A stretch of DNA of 64,000 nt, from assembly GCA_963662275.1 (NCBI GenBank), contig OY759316.1, forward strand, positions 3,584,001 through 3,648,000, given 5' to 3'. The notes below the pieces were generated by a model, which worked only from the letters and a program-made list of their open reading frames with translations, did no database searches and was not told where the DNA came from. Source of the stretch: Candidatus Cloacimonadales bacterium (GTDB lineage Bacteria; Cloacimonadota; Cloacimonadia; Cloacimonadales; DAONDQ01). The position numbers were made by a program, and so were the translations under genes. This document shows, in pieces, positions 19,663 through 30,438 of this stretch (positions are counted from its first letter, which is position 1; every line of letters starts with the position of its first letter).

Positions 19663-21269
19663 TTTTATCTGATTCAGCTCCGGTCAGTTTTAATCATTCT
19701 AACCTGGTTGGCTGTAATGTGGAATCAGATAATACCTATCTCAGCTTTACTGAATCATATTTGAAAAACGTGCATATCCTGCAGAAGACAGAATCACTTT
19801 TAGCTGAGAACTCATATTTCAATTGCTCGAATATAGAAGGTTATAATTTACCCATAACTGATAAGGATTCTCTTTCAGTAATGGTTATCAACTGTATCTT
19901 TGAAAATATGCCTGATTCAACAGCGATAAGGCTTTATTCTTATCCCCGTTTTAAGATAGCAGGTAATACAATTTCCAACTATTACTCAGCTCTTTCCTTA
20001 TTCGAATATGGATTGGGAAATGATAATGAAGTTTCTAACAATACATTTACCGATAATCAATTTGGCTATGGAATACAAAGTTACCATTCCTATGCCAAAG
20101 TCATAGGCTCAAATGTGATTAAGAATAATTATATTGGTATCGCCGGACTTAGAAATTCAGAAATTGTAGTATGCGGATCTCCTAATCCACCATTACAAAT
20201 GATATATGATCAGTATAACCTGGAAATGGCTTTTATGCATGACAGCTTTCCAGGTAAGATGTATCATAATGTCGTCTTCGATATCGTTCATCCCAATGAT
20301 GCGCTAATCCAGTGTATGAACTGTCCCTATACTGAAATTCATGATTTAACACACAATAACTGGAACGATACAAAAGTTGACAATTATCTTTTACCAAGTG
20401 ATTACATGAACAATGAACCGGTATGGGACTTAGCAGCATCAGATTTACCAGGGTTATTGCCGGAAGCTGAAATTTACGAAATGGCTCTCAATAACATCCA
20501 AATTGGGAACTATCATTTAGCTGAATCCTTATTAAAACAGATTATTTCTGAATACCCTAATTCCATTAGTTATGTGAAATTAGCTGAAAAACAATTACTG
20601 GCTGCTTACAGTACTGCTGGCGATGACTTCTTTGTACTAAAGCATTTCTACGCATCAGAACCTAATTTGCATAATGATAATGGAATAGATCAATTAACAG
20701 ATTATCTGGTAGTTCGTTGTTTAATCAAATTAGAGGATTATGAATCAGCGATTCAATGGTTTGAATCTGTCATTTCAAATCCTGATACGCCCGAAGATGG
20801 CATTTATGCCACAATTGATCTCGCTTATACATATTTACTGATGAGCCAGGAAAAGAGTGCTCCGACTGTTGCAACGATATATCCAAATCTCGTTCCTCGA
20901 TCAATGCAGGAGTTTAAAAAGAAATCGGATGACAATATAAATCTGCTGCTGAAAGGCTTTCAGTCACAAAATACAGTGACTCCTCCTCCAATTACATTCA
21001 AAGTCTATCAGAATTACCCGAATCCCTTCAATGGCTCAACAACCTTCTCCTTTGATTTGCCTCGAACAGGTAAAGTGAAACTGGCTGTTTATAATATCAA
21101 AGGGCAATTGGTGAAAGATTTCCGTTTAGATTCCCTGGCTAAAGGAAAGCAGAAAGTTGTTTGGGATTGCAGAAACAAAGATGGTAGAGGTATAGCTTCA
21201 GGTATCTATTTTTATCGAGTCAGGTATGAGGGCAAAACGGTTACTAAAAAGATGTGCTATGTGAAGTAA
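19602..21269 (+). CDS. Beta-helix + TPR-like + FlgD-Ig CTD protein; likely C-terminal portion of the upstream giant gene
   Basis: No signal peptide or RBS, TTG start; ends QNYPNPFN...ASGIYFY...KKMCYVK. Confidence 0.75.
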   Translation: MLLNDNISILADSSTTESQLILSDSAPVSFNHSNLVGCNVESDNTYLSFTESYLKNVHILQKTESLLAENSYFNCSNIEGYNLPITDKDSLSVMVINCIFENMPDSTAIRLYSYPRFKIAGNTISNYYSALSLFEYGLGNDNEVSNNTFTDNQFGYGIQSYHSYAKVIGSNVIKNNYIGIAGLRNSEIVVCGSPNPPLQMIYDQYNLEMAFMHDSFPGKMYHNVVFDIVHPNDALIQCMNCPYTEIHDLTHNNWNDTKVDNYLLPSDYMNNEPVWDLAASDLPGLLPEAEIYEMALNNIQIGNYHLAESLLKQIISEYPNSISYVKLAEKQLLAAYSTAGDDFFVLKHFYASEPNLHNDNGIDQLTDYLVVRCLIKLEDYESAIQWFESVISNPDTPEDGIYATIDLAYTYLLMSQEKSAPTVATIYPNLVPRSMQEFKKKSDDNINLLLKGFQSQNTVTPPPITFKVYQNYPNPFNGSTTFSFDLPRTGKVKLAVYNIKGQLVKDFRLDSLAKGKQKVVWDCRNKDGRGIASGIYFYRVRYEGKTVTKKMCYVK

Positions 21270-21293
21270 TCTGGATTAGAGAATATGCAAAAT

Positions 21294-21321
21294 GAAAAGG
21301 CTGCCTTCTGGCAGCCTTTTC
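21294..21321 (+). terminator. Intrinsic terminator (possibly bidirectional)
   Basis: GAAAAGGCTGCC-TTCT-GGCAGCCTTTTC. Confidence 0.85.
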
Positions 21322-21551
21322 TATAGATGATTACATGTTTTGCATCAGGATGAATAAGAACACTAAGTAACATGAGAGTGTCTATCAAATGATAGAAATA
21401 TAACTTATCATACATACATCCTTATTAAGCAAAGTGGAAACGCCCAAGTTGGGCGTCTCTACTTCTTTCATTCTGCAATTGTGGTACCTGTTTCTTGTTA
21501 TTTTCAGATATTTCTATTGACAGCTAACCATCTTCAATTTCATACGTAATA

Positions 21552-21587
21552 AATGAATGGCTATTCATTCATATGAATCATTTTCAT
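21552..21587 (+). promoter_or_regulatory. Putative tandem TetR operators
   Basis: Palindromes AATGAAT-GGCT-ATTCATT and ATGAA-TCATT-TTCAT upstream of tetR; TTGACA at 21517. Confidence 0.65.
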
Positions 21588-21630
21588 TATTGAATGTATT
21601 TAATTATAACGTTACATGGAGGTTACTACA

Positions 21631-22245
21631 ATGGAAATTAAAAAAGATTTATCGAACAAGCAATTGTCAAAAAGGGAAGCGATTATCAATGCTGCCATCA
21701 ACGTATTTGCCCGAAAAGGCTACATGAAGGCAAAAATCTCTGATGTTGCCCAAAAAGCGAATGTAGCGGATGGTACCGTTTATTTGTATTTCAAGAACAA
21801 GGATGATCTGCTGATTCAAGCTATGCGGGAAATGCTGGAAGATAAACTGATAAAAATACGCCGCAAGATAGCTAAAAAGACTACAGCACGTGAAAAGCTC
21901 TTTAAATTTGCAGAATTGCATATTGATCTATATATCAAAAATCCTGATGTTGTACGCTTTATGGTTGTAGAATTACGTCAAAGCCAGGAATTTTATAAAA
22001 AATATCCGACTTTTGCTCCGATGAATGACTATCTGAATTATGTCCAACAACTCGTTGAAGATGCCATTGCTGAGGGCAGTATTCGAAAGGTTGATTCCAA
22101 GACACTTGCCTTGATGATCATTGGTATGATGGATTTTGTCCTGACCCAATGGGCTCTTGGATCGGAGAAACTTTCTCTTCATGAGATTACAGCCAACTTC
22201 ATAGATATCGTCCATTCCGGATTGCGGATTGATCCTAAAGAATAG
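21631..22245 (+). CDS. TetR/AcrR-family regulator (FadR/YsiA-like)
   Basis: IINAAINVFARKGY...ANVADGTVYLYFKNKDDL HTH. Confidence 0.93.
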   Translation: MEIKKDLSNKQLSKREAIINAAINVFARKGYMKAKISDVAQKANVADGTVYLYFKNKDDLLIQAMREMLEDKLIKIRRKIAKKTTAREKLFKFAELHIDLYIKNPDVVRFMVVELRQSQEFYKKYPTFAPMNDYLNYVQQLVEDAIAEGSIRKVDSKTLALMIIGMMDFVLTQWALGSEKLSLHEITANFIDIVHSGLRIDPKE

Positions 22246-22264
22246 CAACTGCCAGGAACATTCC

Positions 22265-23704
22265 ATGTTGAAAGAAAACAGTATCCTATTCAGATACATC
22301 ATACTCCCAGCCATAATCATATTCAGCTACGGAGTAATGCAGGCGCAAACTGGATTGACCTTAGAGCAATCTCATCAACTAGCGCTGAAGCATAATCAGC
22401 AGATTATTTCAGGGAATGAGTTCTTGGAATCTGCTAAAAACCTGCAAAAAGCTTCCTTCACAAAATTCCTGCCAACATTCCAGTTTATGGGTGATTATAC
22501 ACGTATGAACAAGCAGTTCAGGTATGAGCAGGGACTAGGCTTAGATAAGATTCTCCAGGGAATGGTGCAGGTTAATCCGGCAGTGAGTACAGACCCATTT
22601 TATCAGACACTGGCAGGAATGGCACAGCAAGGACTTATCCCCAATGAATTGGATTTATCATTGGGGGAAAAGAACAACTACCTTCTTACTTTTTCAGCAA
22701 CCCAGCCCCTCTTTACAGGCGGTAAGATTAGAGATCAGTATCGTATCAGTAAATATAGCAAAAACGCAGCAGAAATATCGTTGTTGCAGACTAAAACGGA
22801 AATCATCATGAAAACCGATACTGCTTACTGGACGACCGTATCCGTTGGTGAGAAAGTCAAACTTGCACATCAATACCAGTCCATGTTACAATCTCATGTG
22901 ACAGATCTGCAGAATATGCTGGATGAAGGTTTAATTACCAATAATGACTTATTGAAAGCACAAGTGAAGAAAACAGATTCAGATATCCAGGTGATGCAAG
23001 CTGAAAATGGATATGCCTTATCTCATATGGTATTGAATCAATTGCTCGGGCTATCACTTGATGATAGGACACCTTTGCTGGATTCCTTATCCAATGAGAT
23101 ACATCTCCAAACAGCTTATATGAATCAGATGAAAACACCTCTAAATCGTCCTGAAATACAGCAACTACAGCAGGTAATGGGTATCAGCAAAACGATGCTG
23201 CATTTGGCTAAGTCAGATTATTTTCCAAACCTTATGCTCCAGGGCAATTACACATACATAAATCCCAATCCGTATAATAGTCTTCAGACTGAATTTGGAC
23301 ATGATTGGCAGATCAGCCTGCTTGCCCAATGGCAATTGTTTGATTGGAATGCCCGTGGTTTTGATGTCAGTGCAGCACGTCATAAGAATAATGCGCTCCA
23401 GGCAAAATTGAATGAAGCAACTGAGATGGTAAACCTGGAAATAGAACAGTCACGCATGAAATATGATGTTGCCGTTCGTAAAACTGAAATGACCCATCTA
23501 TCACTTAGGCAAGCTGAAGAAAATCTGCGCAATGCCACAGAGCAGTTTCATGAAGGTGTTTTGACCAGCAGTGAAGTCCTGGATGCACAGACAACCTGGC
23601 AACAATCCTACTCCAATTGGATAGAAGCTCAAGCTGATGCGCATATTCAAGAAACTACCCTTCGAAAAGCTTTAGGGATCTTAGTTGATAAGGAGAATTC
23701 ATGA
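22265..23704 (+). CDS. TolC-family outer membrane protein
   Basis: TQPLFTGGK, SDYFPNL, WQLFDW, EVLDAQ. Confidence 0.9.
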   Translation: MLKENSILFRYIILPAIIIFSYGVMQAQTGLTLEQSHQLALKHNQQIISGNEFLESAKNLQKASFTKFLPTFQFMGDYTRMNKQFRYEQGLGLDKILQGMVQVNPAVSTDPFYQTLAGMAQQGLIPNELDLSLGEKNNYLLTFSATQPLFTGGKIRDQYRISKYSKNAAEISLLQTKTEIIMKTDTAYWTTVSVGEKVKLAHQYQSMLQSHVTDLQNMLDEGLITNNDLLKAQVKKTDSDIQVMQAENGYALSHMVLNQLLGLSLDDRTPLLDSLSNEIHLQTAYMNQMKTPLNRPEIQQLQQVMGISKTMLHLAKSDYFPNLMLQGNYTYINPNPYNSLQTEFGHDWQISLLAQWQLFDWNARGFDVSAARHKNNALQAKLNEATEMVNLEIEQSRMKYDVAVRKTEMTHLSLRQAEENLRNATEQFHEGVLTSSEVLDAQTTWQQSYSNWIEAQADAHIQETTLRKALGILVDKENS

Positions 23705-24693
23705 AGAAACCGAAAAAGATAAATCTTCTCTTGTGTATTCCTGTTATTGTCATTGTTGGAATTATCCTCTTTTATCTGATTACGCACATTCATCCTGCTC
23801 CACAGTATATTTTAGGAGAAATCGATGCCACCCAGGTAGATATCAGTTCGAAAATACCAGGCAGGATTGATTCTATTTTTGTAGAAAAAGGGATGCAGGT
23901 TGAAAAAGGCCAGGTTCTTGCCAGGCTGCTTTCCCCTGAAATTGAAGCTAAGGTTGAACAAGCTAAAGATGCTGTCAAATCAGCAAAAGCGCTCTTGGAT
24001 ATGGCATCGAATGGAACCCGTTCCCAGGATAAAGCTGCTGCCTATGAAATGTATTCTGCTGCGAAGGCTCAATCTGATTTTGCTTCCAAATCTTATCAGC
24101 GCATGAGTGTCCTGGTAGAAAAGAAAAGTATTTCTAAACAAGCTTTCGATGAAGTTGAAGCAAAGTATTTATCTGCCAAGGCACAGGAGGAAGCAGCCCT
24201 GCAGAAATGGAATATGGCAAAAGAAGGTGCTCGTATAGAAGAGATTCAAGCTGCTCGCGGTAATTATGAAAGAGCTGTCAATACGCTGAAAGAGGTTCAG
24301 TCATATTTAGATGAAATCAGTATCAAGGCATCCCAAGCAGGAGAAATTGATAATCTCATAGCTGATCCTGGTGAAATGGTAGCTGCCGGTTATCCGATAC
24401 TATCCATCGTTGATTTGAACAGTTGCTGGATTGTAGTGTATGTGAGTGAAGATAAACTCCCTCTGTTCAAAAAGGGAACATCACTCAATGCAGAAATCCC
24501 GGCAATAGGGAAGAAAGCATTTCCTTTTACGGTAAATTATATTAGCCCTGTTGCTGATTTTGCGACTAAAAGAGCAACCTCCGGCCAGGGGAGTTTTGAC
24601 TTAAAGTCATTCCAGGTACAACTAGTTCCAATACAGCCAATTCCAGATTTACGCCCTGGGATGAGCGCCAGACTTATGCTTCCCCGTTTATAG
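23701..24693 (+). CDS. HlyD-family periplasmic adaptor
   Basis: ISSKIPGRI..G.QV.KGQVLA lipoyl-like halves, coiled coil, LRPGMS. Confidence 0.92.
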   Translation: MKKPKKINLLLCIPVIVIVGIILFYLITHIHPAPQYILGEIDATQVDISSKIPGRIDSIFVEKGMQVEKGQVLARLLSPEIEAKVEQAKDAVKSAKALLDMASNGTRSQDKAAAYEMYSAAKAQSDFASKSYQRMSVLVEKKSISKQAFDEVEAKYLSAKAQEEAALQKWNMAKEGARIEEIQAARGNYERAVNTLKEVQSYLDEISIKASQAGEIDNLIADPGEMVAAGYPILSIVDLNSCWIVVYVSEDKLPLFKKGTSLNAEIPAIGKKAFPFTVNYISPVADFATKRATSGQGSFDLKSFQVQLVPIQPIPDLRPGMSARLMLPRL

Positions 24694-24706
24694 TATCAGA
24701 GATTAT

Positions 24707-25864
24707 ATGGACCACATCGTTCAGAAAATAGCACATGATGAGTGGAAATACAATCATCATCAAGCTTTCAATTGGATGGCTCTGTATGTGCTTCCCGTTG
24801 TGATAGCGATTCTGATTTGTCTCATTTATCAGCATCATGTTCTTGTGAAAATGCCGACTGTGATTGTGGACCAGGATAAGACAATCACTTCCCTGCGTTT
24901 GACAAGGATGTTGGATCAGCATAGATTTATCCATGTGAATGATAGAACAGACCAAGTGGCAGAAGGAATCAAAGCAATTCGAACTCGAAAAGCGTATGCG
25001 CTGATTATTATTCCACGTGATTTTGAAAAGAACTGGAAAAGCGGACAGCAGCCAGTCATTAGGGGATACAGTTACGGTACGAACCTTGTAGTGGGGAAAT
25101 CCATTCAAAAGGCAATTGTGGAAACGGTAAATCAAGTCAGCAGTGAAATCGTAGTTGGCAAATTAGCAGTCATGAGACACGAATCAACTGATTCAAAAGC
25201 AAACTTTCCTCCATTAAACCTGGATGTTCATAATCTCTATAATCCCGGGTATAATTATCAGTGGTTTTTACCACCGGGAGCTATTATCAGCATTCTGCAA
25301 ATGCTGATCGTCATGTTGGGTGCTACAGCATTTTGCAGTAAGAAAAGAAATCCAGGATCATCAGAGATAAGTTCCTTCTTCCAGTTGTATATTGGTAAAT
25401 CAATCCCAATCATCATTATCTACACACTCCAGGGTCTTTTCATCTGGCTTGTGCTATTCCCCCTGCTTGGCATTCCTGTCAGAGGAAACCTTCTAATAGG
25501 TTTACTCTTATGGGAAGCATTCATTATCACTAGCTATACCATTGGTTTTTCCATCTCCGCCATGATAAAGGATTCGATGATTGCCACAGTGGCTTCCATC
25601 TTTATCATGGCGCCTTCTTTTGCTTTTTCAGGTTATACATATCCATTTTGGGAAATGCCATTATTGCATCGTATCTTCGCATTGATCATGCCCTCCACTC
25701 ATTTCCTGCCTGCATTTCTCCAGTTTTTCCTGCAAGGCAGCGCTCTTTCTACCATGTTTCCGCAAATACTCAGCTTATGTATATTCTTCTTATGCATTTT
25801 TTTGCTTTTACTCATAAGTAAATTCATTCATAAATGCTACCCGAACGGATGGGAAAGAATATGA
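24707..25864 (+). CDS. ABC-2 type permease (YbhS-like)
   Basis: VDQD, LYNP.YNY, FSGYTYP, PSTH. Confidence 0.88.
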   Translation: MDHIVQKIAHDEWKYNHHQAFNWMALYVLPVVIAILICLIYQHHVLVKMPTVIVDQDKTITSLRLTRMLDQHRFIHVNDRTDQVAEGIKAIRTRKAYALIIIPRDFEKNWKSGQQPVIRGYSYGTNLVVGKSIQKAIVETVNQVSSEIVVGKLAVMRHESTDSKANFPPLNLDVHNLYNPGYNYQWFLPPGAIISILQMLIVMLGATAFCSKKRNPGSSEISSFFQLYIGKSIPIIIIYTLQGLFIWLVLFPLLGIPVRGNLLIGLLLWEAFIITSYTIGFSISAMIKDSMIATVASIFIMAPSFAFSGYTYPFWEMPLLHRIFALIMPSTHFLPAFLQFFLQGSALSTMFPQILSLCIFFLCIFLLLLISKFIHKCYPNGWERI

Positions 25865-27045
25865 AAACGCTTATGATCTTTCGTAATAAACGGGAATGGA
25901 AGATACTCTCCAACGAGAAAACCATCTTCCTGCTCGTGCTTATTGCACCGATTATATACCTGTTCTTTTATGGTGCGATTTATCGAAATAATACAGTAAC
26001 CAAGGCTGATATTGCTGTGATTGACCAGGATCATACGAAGTTTTCCAGGCTATACATCCAATATTTGGAAGCAGACCCAGTCTTAAGCACTCAGAAGATT
26101 CAACTGACTGATGAAGCACAGCAACTCCTGGAGCAGCAGAAGATTGCAGGATACATCATACTTCCCATTCATCTTGAAGAGAATGTGAAGAGGGGAAATC
26201 AGGTAGTCATTGCAGCATACATCAATACAGGAAGTTTTATGCTGGCAAATGAGTTGAATAAAAGGTTTCTGCAAATCAATACTACACTTTCAACTGGTGT
26301 TTTACTGAAAAGCTGGCAATCACAAGGTATTCCCATGAATACAGCCATGAAACAGGCATTACCTATCAAAGTGGATATCTCCTCAGTCGGTAATGCGGGT
26401 TATGGTTATGGAAACTTCCTGCTGGTGGGTCTCTTTCTCCTTATTCTGCACCAGTTAATGCTAATTTCTATTACAGAATCCGTTGCCAGGGAAAATGAAA
26501 AAGGAACGATACTGAATTGGTTCAATACTACTGGGTGTCATACTCTCAAAGCGCTTGGGTATAAGCTTCTCCCCTACTATCTCATATTCATGGTATACTA
26601 TTTATTTGTTCCTACCCTTCCATTCAAGACCTTTCACTTAGTTCAGAATGCTAATTTCTTCAGTCTTTTCTTATTAGGATTACCGGCTTTCCTGGTAATT
26701 GGAGAAATTGGATTACTACTTGGAAGCTTTTTTAAAACGCAGTTACAGGCACTTCAATTCATTGCTGTGATGTCCGTTCCTATATTTTTAATGAGTGGTT
26801 TTTCCTGGCCTATCGAACAAATGCCTTGGGTACTCAGATATTTGAATTATCTGTTACCAACTCATTTCCTGCTCCTGCCATTTCAATCCATGACTCAATT
26901 AGGTAGTTCTTTGCAGGAACAATTCCCGAGTTGGATGATACTTTGGTTACAAGCCTTAATTTATTTCTTGCTACTGTATTGGAGATATATAAAAGTATTC
27001 CATAAGGTGGAATACAATATTGAAGCAAACCAAAATAGACAATGA
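25861..27045 (+). CDS. ABC-2 type permease (YbhR-like)
   Basis: IAVIDQD, ARENEKGT, MSGFSWP. Confidence 0.88.
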   Translation: MKTLMIFRNKREWKILSNEKTIFLLVLIAPIIYLFFYGAIYRNNTVTKADIAVIDQDHTKFSRLYIQYLEADPVLSTQKIQLTDEAQQLLEQQKIAGYIILPIHLEENVKRGNQVVIAAYINTGSFMLANELNKRFLQINTTLSTGVLLKSWQSQGIPMNTAMKQALPIKVDISSVGNAGYGYGNFLLVGLFLLILHQLMLISITESVARENEKGTILNWFNTTGCHTLKALGYKLLPYYLIFMVYYLFVPTLPFKTFHLVQNANFFSLFLLGLPAFLVIGEIGLLLGSFFKTQLQALQFIAVMSVPIFLMSGFSWPIEQMPWVLRYLNYLLPTHFLLLPFQSMTQLGSSLQEQFPSWMILWLQALIYFLLLYWRYIKVFHKVEYNIEANQNRQ

Positions 27046-27904
27046 GATCACGCTTTTTTCAGCAAAAGATTCTTTTGTAAATGCTGTGCTGATTGAATAT
27101 GATACATTCCAGGTCTGCATAGATACTCTTCACTTACCAACTGACAGCAAGGAATTATCTTCTTTCATTCTCTCAAAAAATAAACCATTGAAATACCTCA
27201 TCAATACTCATGGTCATAGCGATCACTGTTTCGGAAATCGGACTCTTTATCAGCCTGGTACTTATCTCATCTCACATGAGAAATATCTACTTACTAATTT
27301 GGCAGAGAGAGCTTTTCTGAAGAACGTTCCGACAAGGATCAGTTCTTCAAAAATCATGCAGCCGGATATCACCTTTTCTGAGAAACTCAATATCCCCGAA
27401 TGTGATATGCAAATCATTCATACACCCGGTCATAGTCCTGATGCCTCTGTTATATATCTAGCTGAGAAGAAGTTACTCATTACTGGTGATACTGTCCTGA
27501 ACAGTGATTCGGAGTTGATAGCTATTCCCTATTTCTACTGGGATGATTTGGATTTGATGCTGAGTTCCCTGGAAAAACTGTCCGAAATGGACATCGGAAA
27601 AATTTTGACTGGACATGGAAATCCATGTCAATATAATAAGATTGAAAAAGATATTCTATATTTGAAGAACTTCAAACGGCTGATGGATGAATTCATGGAT
27701 ATGAATGCACTTATGACGATAGATCAGATGAAGGAAATGACTTTCATGCAGATTAGTGCTGAAGATTGCCTACCCGGGACAAATAAGAAGGACTTTTGGG
27801 TACTGAAAATGCATCAGCTTAACCAGGAAAGATACATTGAATGGAAGATTAATGGTAAATCAGTAGAATCACTTGCTTTTTCAATGCAAAAGAATGAAAT
27901 TTGA
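27020..27904 (+). CDS. MBL-fold metallo-hydrolase
   Basis: THGHSDH, HTPGHS, TGD, GHG. Confidence 0.88.
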   Translation: MKQTKIDNEITLFSAKDSFVNAVLIEYDTFQVCIDTLHLPTDSKELSSFILSKNKPLKYLINTHGHSDHCFGNRTLYQPGTYLISHEKYLLTNLAERAFLKNVPTRISSSKIMQPDITFSEKLNIPECDMQIIHTPGHSPDASVIYLAEKKLLITGDTVLNSDSELIAIPYFYWDDLDLMLSSLEKLSEMDIGKILTGHGNPCQYNKIEKDILYLKNFKRLMDEFMDMNALMTIDQMKEMTFMQISAEDCLPGTNKKDFWVLKMHQLNQERYIEWKINGKSVESLAFSMQKNEI

Positions 27905-27934
27905 AAGAAATCATATATCATACTGGAGGAATTC

Positions 27935-30430
27935 ATGAAGAAAATACTCTTATTACTAGTGATTGCAACCTTATTGATGACCTGCTTGTGGTCTGCTAAC
28001 CGGGTTATCGTTCGTTATGATAATCCAAGTACACAATTATTTCATCGTTTTTTAACAGAAAAAGCTGATATCGCAGCTTATCATCCCGGGATGTTCCTGG
28101 ATATAGTCGTTCCTCAAGAGCAAGTAACTCAATTACAGAATGAGTATCCTTCATTGCGCGTGATTCAGACCGAAGAACAAAGCCAGGCAAATCTTCACTC
28201 ACAGGAAAGGGATATTCCTGGCTATCGTTCCTATGATACAATGTTAACAGAATTACAAGCCATTGCTGCTGCACATCCTAATATCTGCCGATTATACAAT
28301 TTGGGAGAAACCTTGGGTAAACAGTATTTTGATGCAGGGAATAATCAGTATCAGCCGTATCAATTCAATATTTGGGCAATGAAAGTTTCCGATAATCCGG
28401 ATGTTGAAGAAGATGAACCCGGAGTTTATTATCTTGGACCTCATCATGCTCGCGAACCTCTTGCAGTTGAAGTAACCATGGAAATTCTGCATGAGCTTGT
28501 TGATAATTACGGTACGGATACTGAAATGACTGATCGAGTCAATAATATGCAGGTTTGGTTCGTCCCCCTGGTCAATCCTGATGGACATGAAGTTGTTTGG
28601 AGTGGTTTAGATATCTGGTGGCGTAAGAATATTCGAGATAATAACATCAATGGTGTTTTCGATAGCTATTATCAATATGGTTATGGTGAAGATGGTGTTG
28701 ACTTAAATCGCAATTATGGCACATATTGGGGTGCTCTGGGGGCAACAGATGATTTGTTCTCCCCTATATATCATGGAATCAGTGCTTTTTCTGAACCGGA
28801 AACCGTGATCATCAAGAACTTACTTGATTCTCATCATTTTGTTGCCGGTATCAGTTATCATACTTACGCCGGGCTTGTGCTCTACCCGACTGGATACTAC
28901 GTGGGAGCCAATGCTCCTGATTTTGATGCTTTACAAGCGTTAGCACAGGAAATGGCTGCTACAATACCGGATTATACAGCAGAATCAGAAGCTGAACTAT
29001 ATCCTGCCATGGGCGGAACGGATGACTATTCCTATGCAGAGCAAGGTACTTTTGCCTTCACCATAGAACTGGGAATCAATGAATTCATCCCACCTTCAGA
29101 GGAAATGAACGAGATCGTTGATCAAAATATGGATGCTGCCTTTATCCTAATGGATCGTGTTAAAACCTTATGTATCACAGGAATTGTTACAGATAGCCTG
29201 ACGAATCAACCCTTAGTTGCAACTATCACTGTCCCGGGAGTGGATAACCAGGGAGCCTATCGCAAACCATATCAAAGTGATGCTCAATATGGCAGATATT
29301 ATCGTTTGCTAGTTCCAAATTACCCGGTTATCAAATATTCTGCATACGGTTATAAGACAAAAACACAAGAAAATATATTACTGGATTTCGATGCACAAAC
29401 GATCATAGATTGCCAATTAGTTCCTGCCCTTCCTGCTTCTTTATCAGGAAGAGTAACGAGTGGTACTACCCTGGAAGCGATTTCCGGAGCAACTGTTAAG
29501 TTCCCTGGCACTCCAATTGGAGATACTGTGACTGATGCGAATGGGTATTTTACAATCACAAACACTTATGAAGGAACTTATACGATTGAAATCTACAAGG
29601 AAGGTTATGATTGGCTATGTGTTCCAGTGACTCTAAATGTCGGAGATAATCATATTGAATGGCAAATTCTGCTTCCTACCATCAATGTGACTTTTGAGTC
29701 CCCTTTGCAATGGATTACTACCGGATCATGGGTAACCACAACAGTGCAACATGTCTCCGGTTCACATTGCCTGACTGATAGCCAAGGTGATTACAGTGAA
29801 GTACCAGAATCAACAATAGCCCAATATCCTGTAGCAATTGATCTTCAAGATACACCGAATGTATCTGTTTCTTTTATGGTAAAGACGGATCTTCTCCAAA
29901 ATTATGATTATGTGAATTTTGAAGCCTCCAGGAATGGAACGGATTGGCTGACAATTGATTCCTATTACAATTCATCGAATTGGACACCAAAGACCTATAA
30001 TCTGAACCAATTCATACCTGGAAATCTGTATCTGCGTTTCCATATGGTCACAACGGGATACGGTATTGCAGATGGTATTTACATCGATGATTTTAAAGTA
30101 TTTTTGAACAGCCTTATTGTACCTGCAATTACGATTACACAGCCGGCATTGAAATTATCCTTACAGCAAAATAACCCGAATCCCTTTAATCCCGAAACCG
30201 CGATCAGCTATACAATACCAATGTCAGCCAATATCAGTCTGAATATCTTTAACATCAAAGGGCAAAAGGTTAGGACTCTTGTTTCCGAAAAACAGGAACG
30301 TGGAAATCACAGTATTCGTTGGGATGGAAAAGATGCATTAGGGAACAATGCTGCCTCTGGTGTTTATTTCTATCGACTTGATGCTGAAGGGCAGCCTTCT
30401 CAGACGAGGAAGATGCTGCTGCTGAAGTAG
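27935..30430 (+). CDS. Secreted M14 zinc carboxypeptidase with CarboxypepD_reg-like domains and FlgD-Ig CTD
   Basis: HHARE, VNPDG, WRKN, GVDLNRNY, SYHTY, FTIEL; NNPNPFNP tail. Confidence 0.92.
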   Translation: MKKILLLLVIATLLMTCLWSANRVIVRYDNPSTQLFHRFLTEKADIAAYHPGMFLDIVVPQEQVTQLQNEYPSLRVIQTEEQSQANLHSQERDIPGYRSYDTMLTELQAIAAAHPNICRLYNLGETLGKQYFDAGNNQYQPYQFNIWAMKVSDNPDVEEDEPGVYYLGPHHAREPLAVEVTMEILHELVDNYGTDTEMTDRVNNMQVWFVPLVNPDGHEVVWSGLDIWWRKNIRDNNINGVFDSYYQYGYGEDGVDLNRNYGTYWGALGATDDLFSPIYHGISAFSEPETVIIKNLLDSHHFVAGISYHTYAGLVLYPTGYYVGANAPDFDALQALAQEMAATIPDYTAESEAELYPAMGGTDDYSYAEQGTFAFTIELGINEFIPPSEEMNEIVDQNMDAAFILMDRVKTLCITGIVTDSLTNQPLVATITVPGVDNQGAYRKPYQSDAQYGRYYRLLVPNYPVIKYSAYGYKTKTQENILLDFDAQTIIDCQLVPALPASLSGRVTSGTTLEAISGATVKFPGTPIGDTVTDANGYFTITNTYEGTYTIEIYKEGYDWLCVPVTLNVGDNHIEWQILLPTINVTFESPLQWITTGSWVTTTVQHVSGSHCLTDSQGDYSEVPESTIAQYPVAIDLQDTPNVSVSFMVKTDLLQNYDYVNFEASRNGTDWLTIDSYYNSSNWTPKTYNLNQFIPGNLYLRFHMVTTGYGIADGIYIDDFKVFLNSLIVPAITITQPALKLSLQQNNPNPFNPETAISYTIPMSANISLNIFNIKGQKVRTLVSEKQERGNHSIRWDGKDALGNNAASGVYFYRLDAEGQPSQTRKMLLLK

Positions 30431-30438
30431 CAGGCAGA

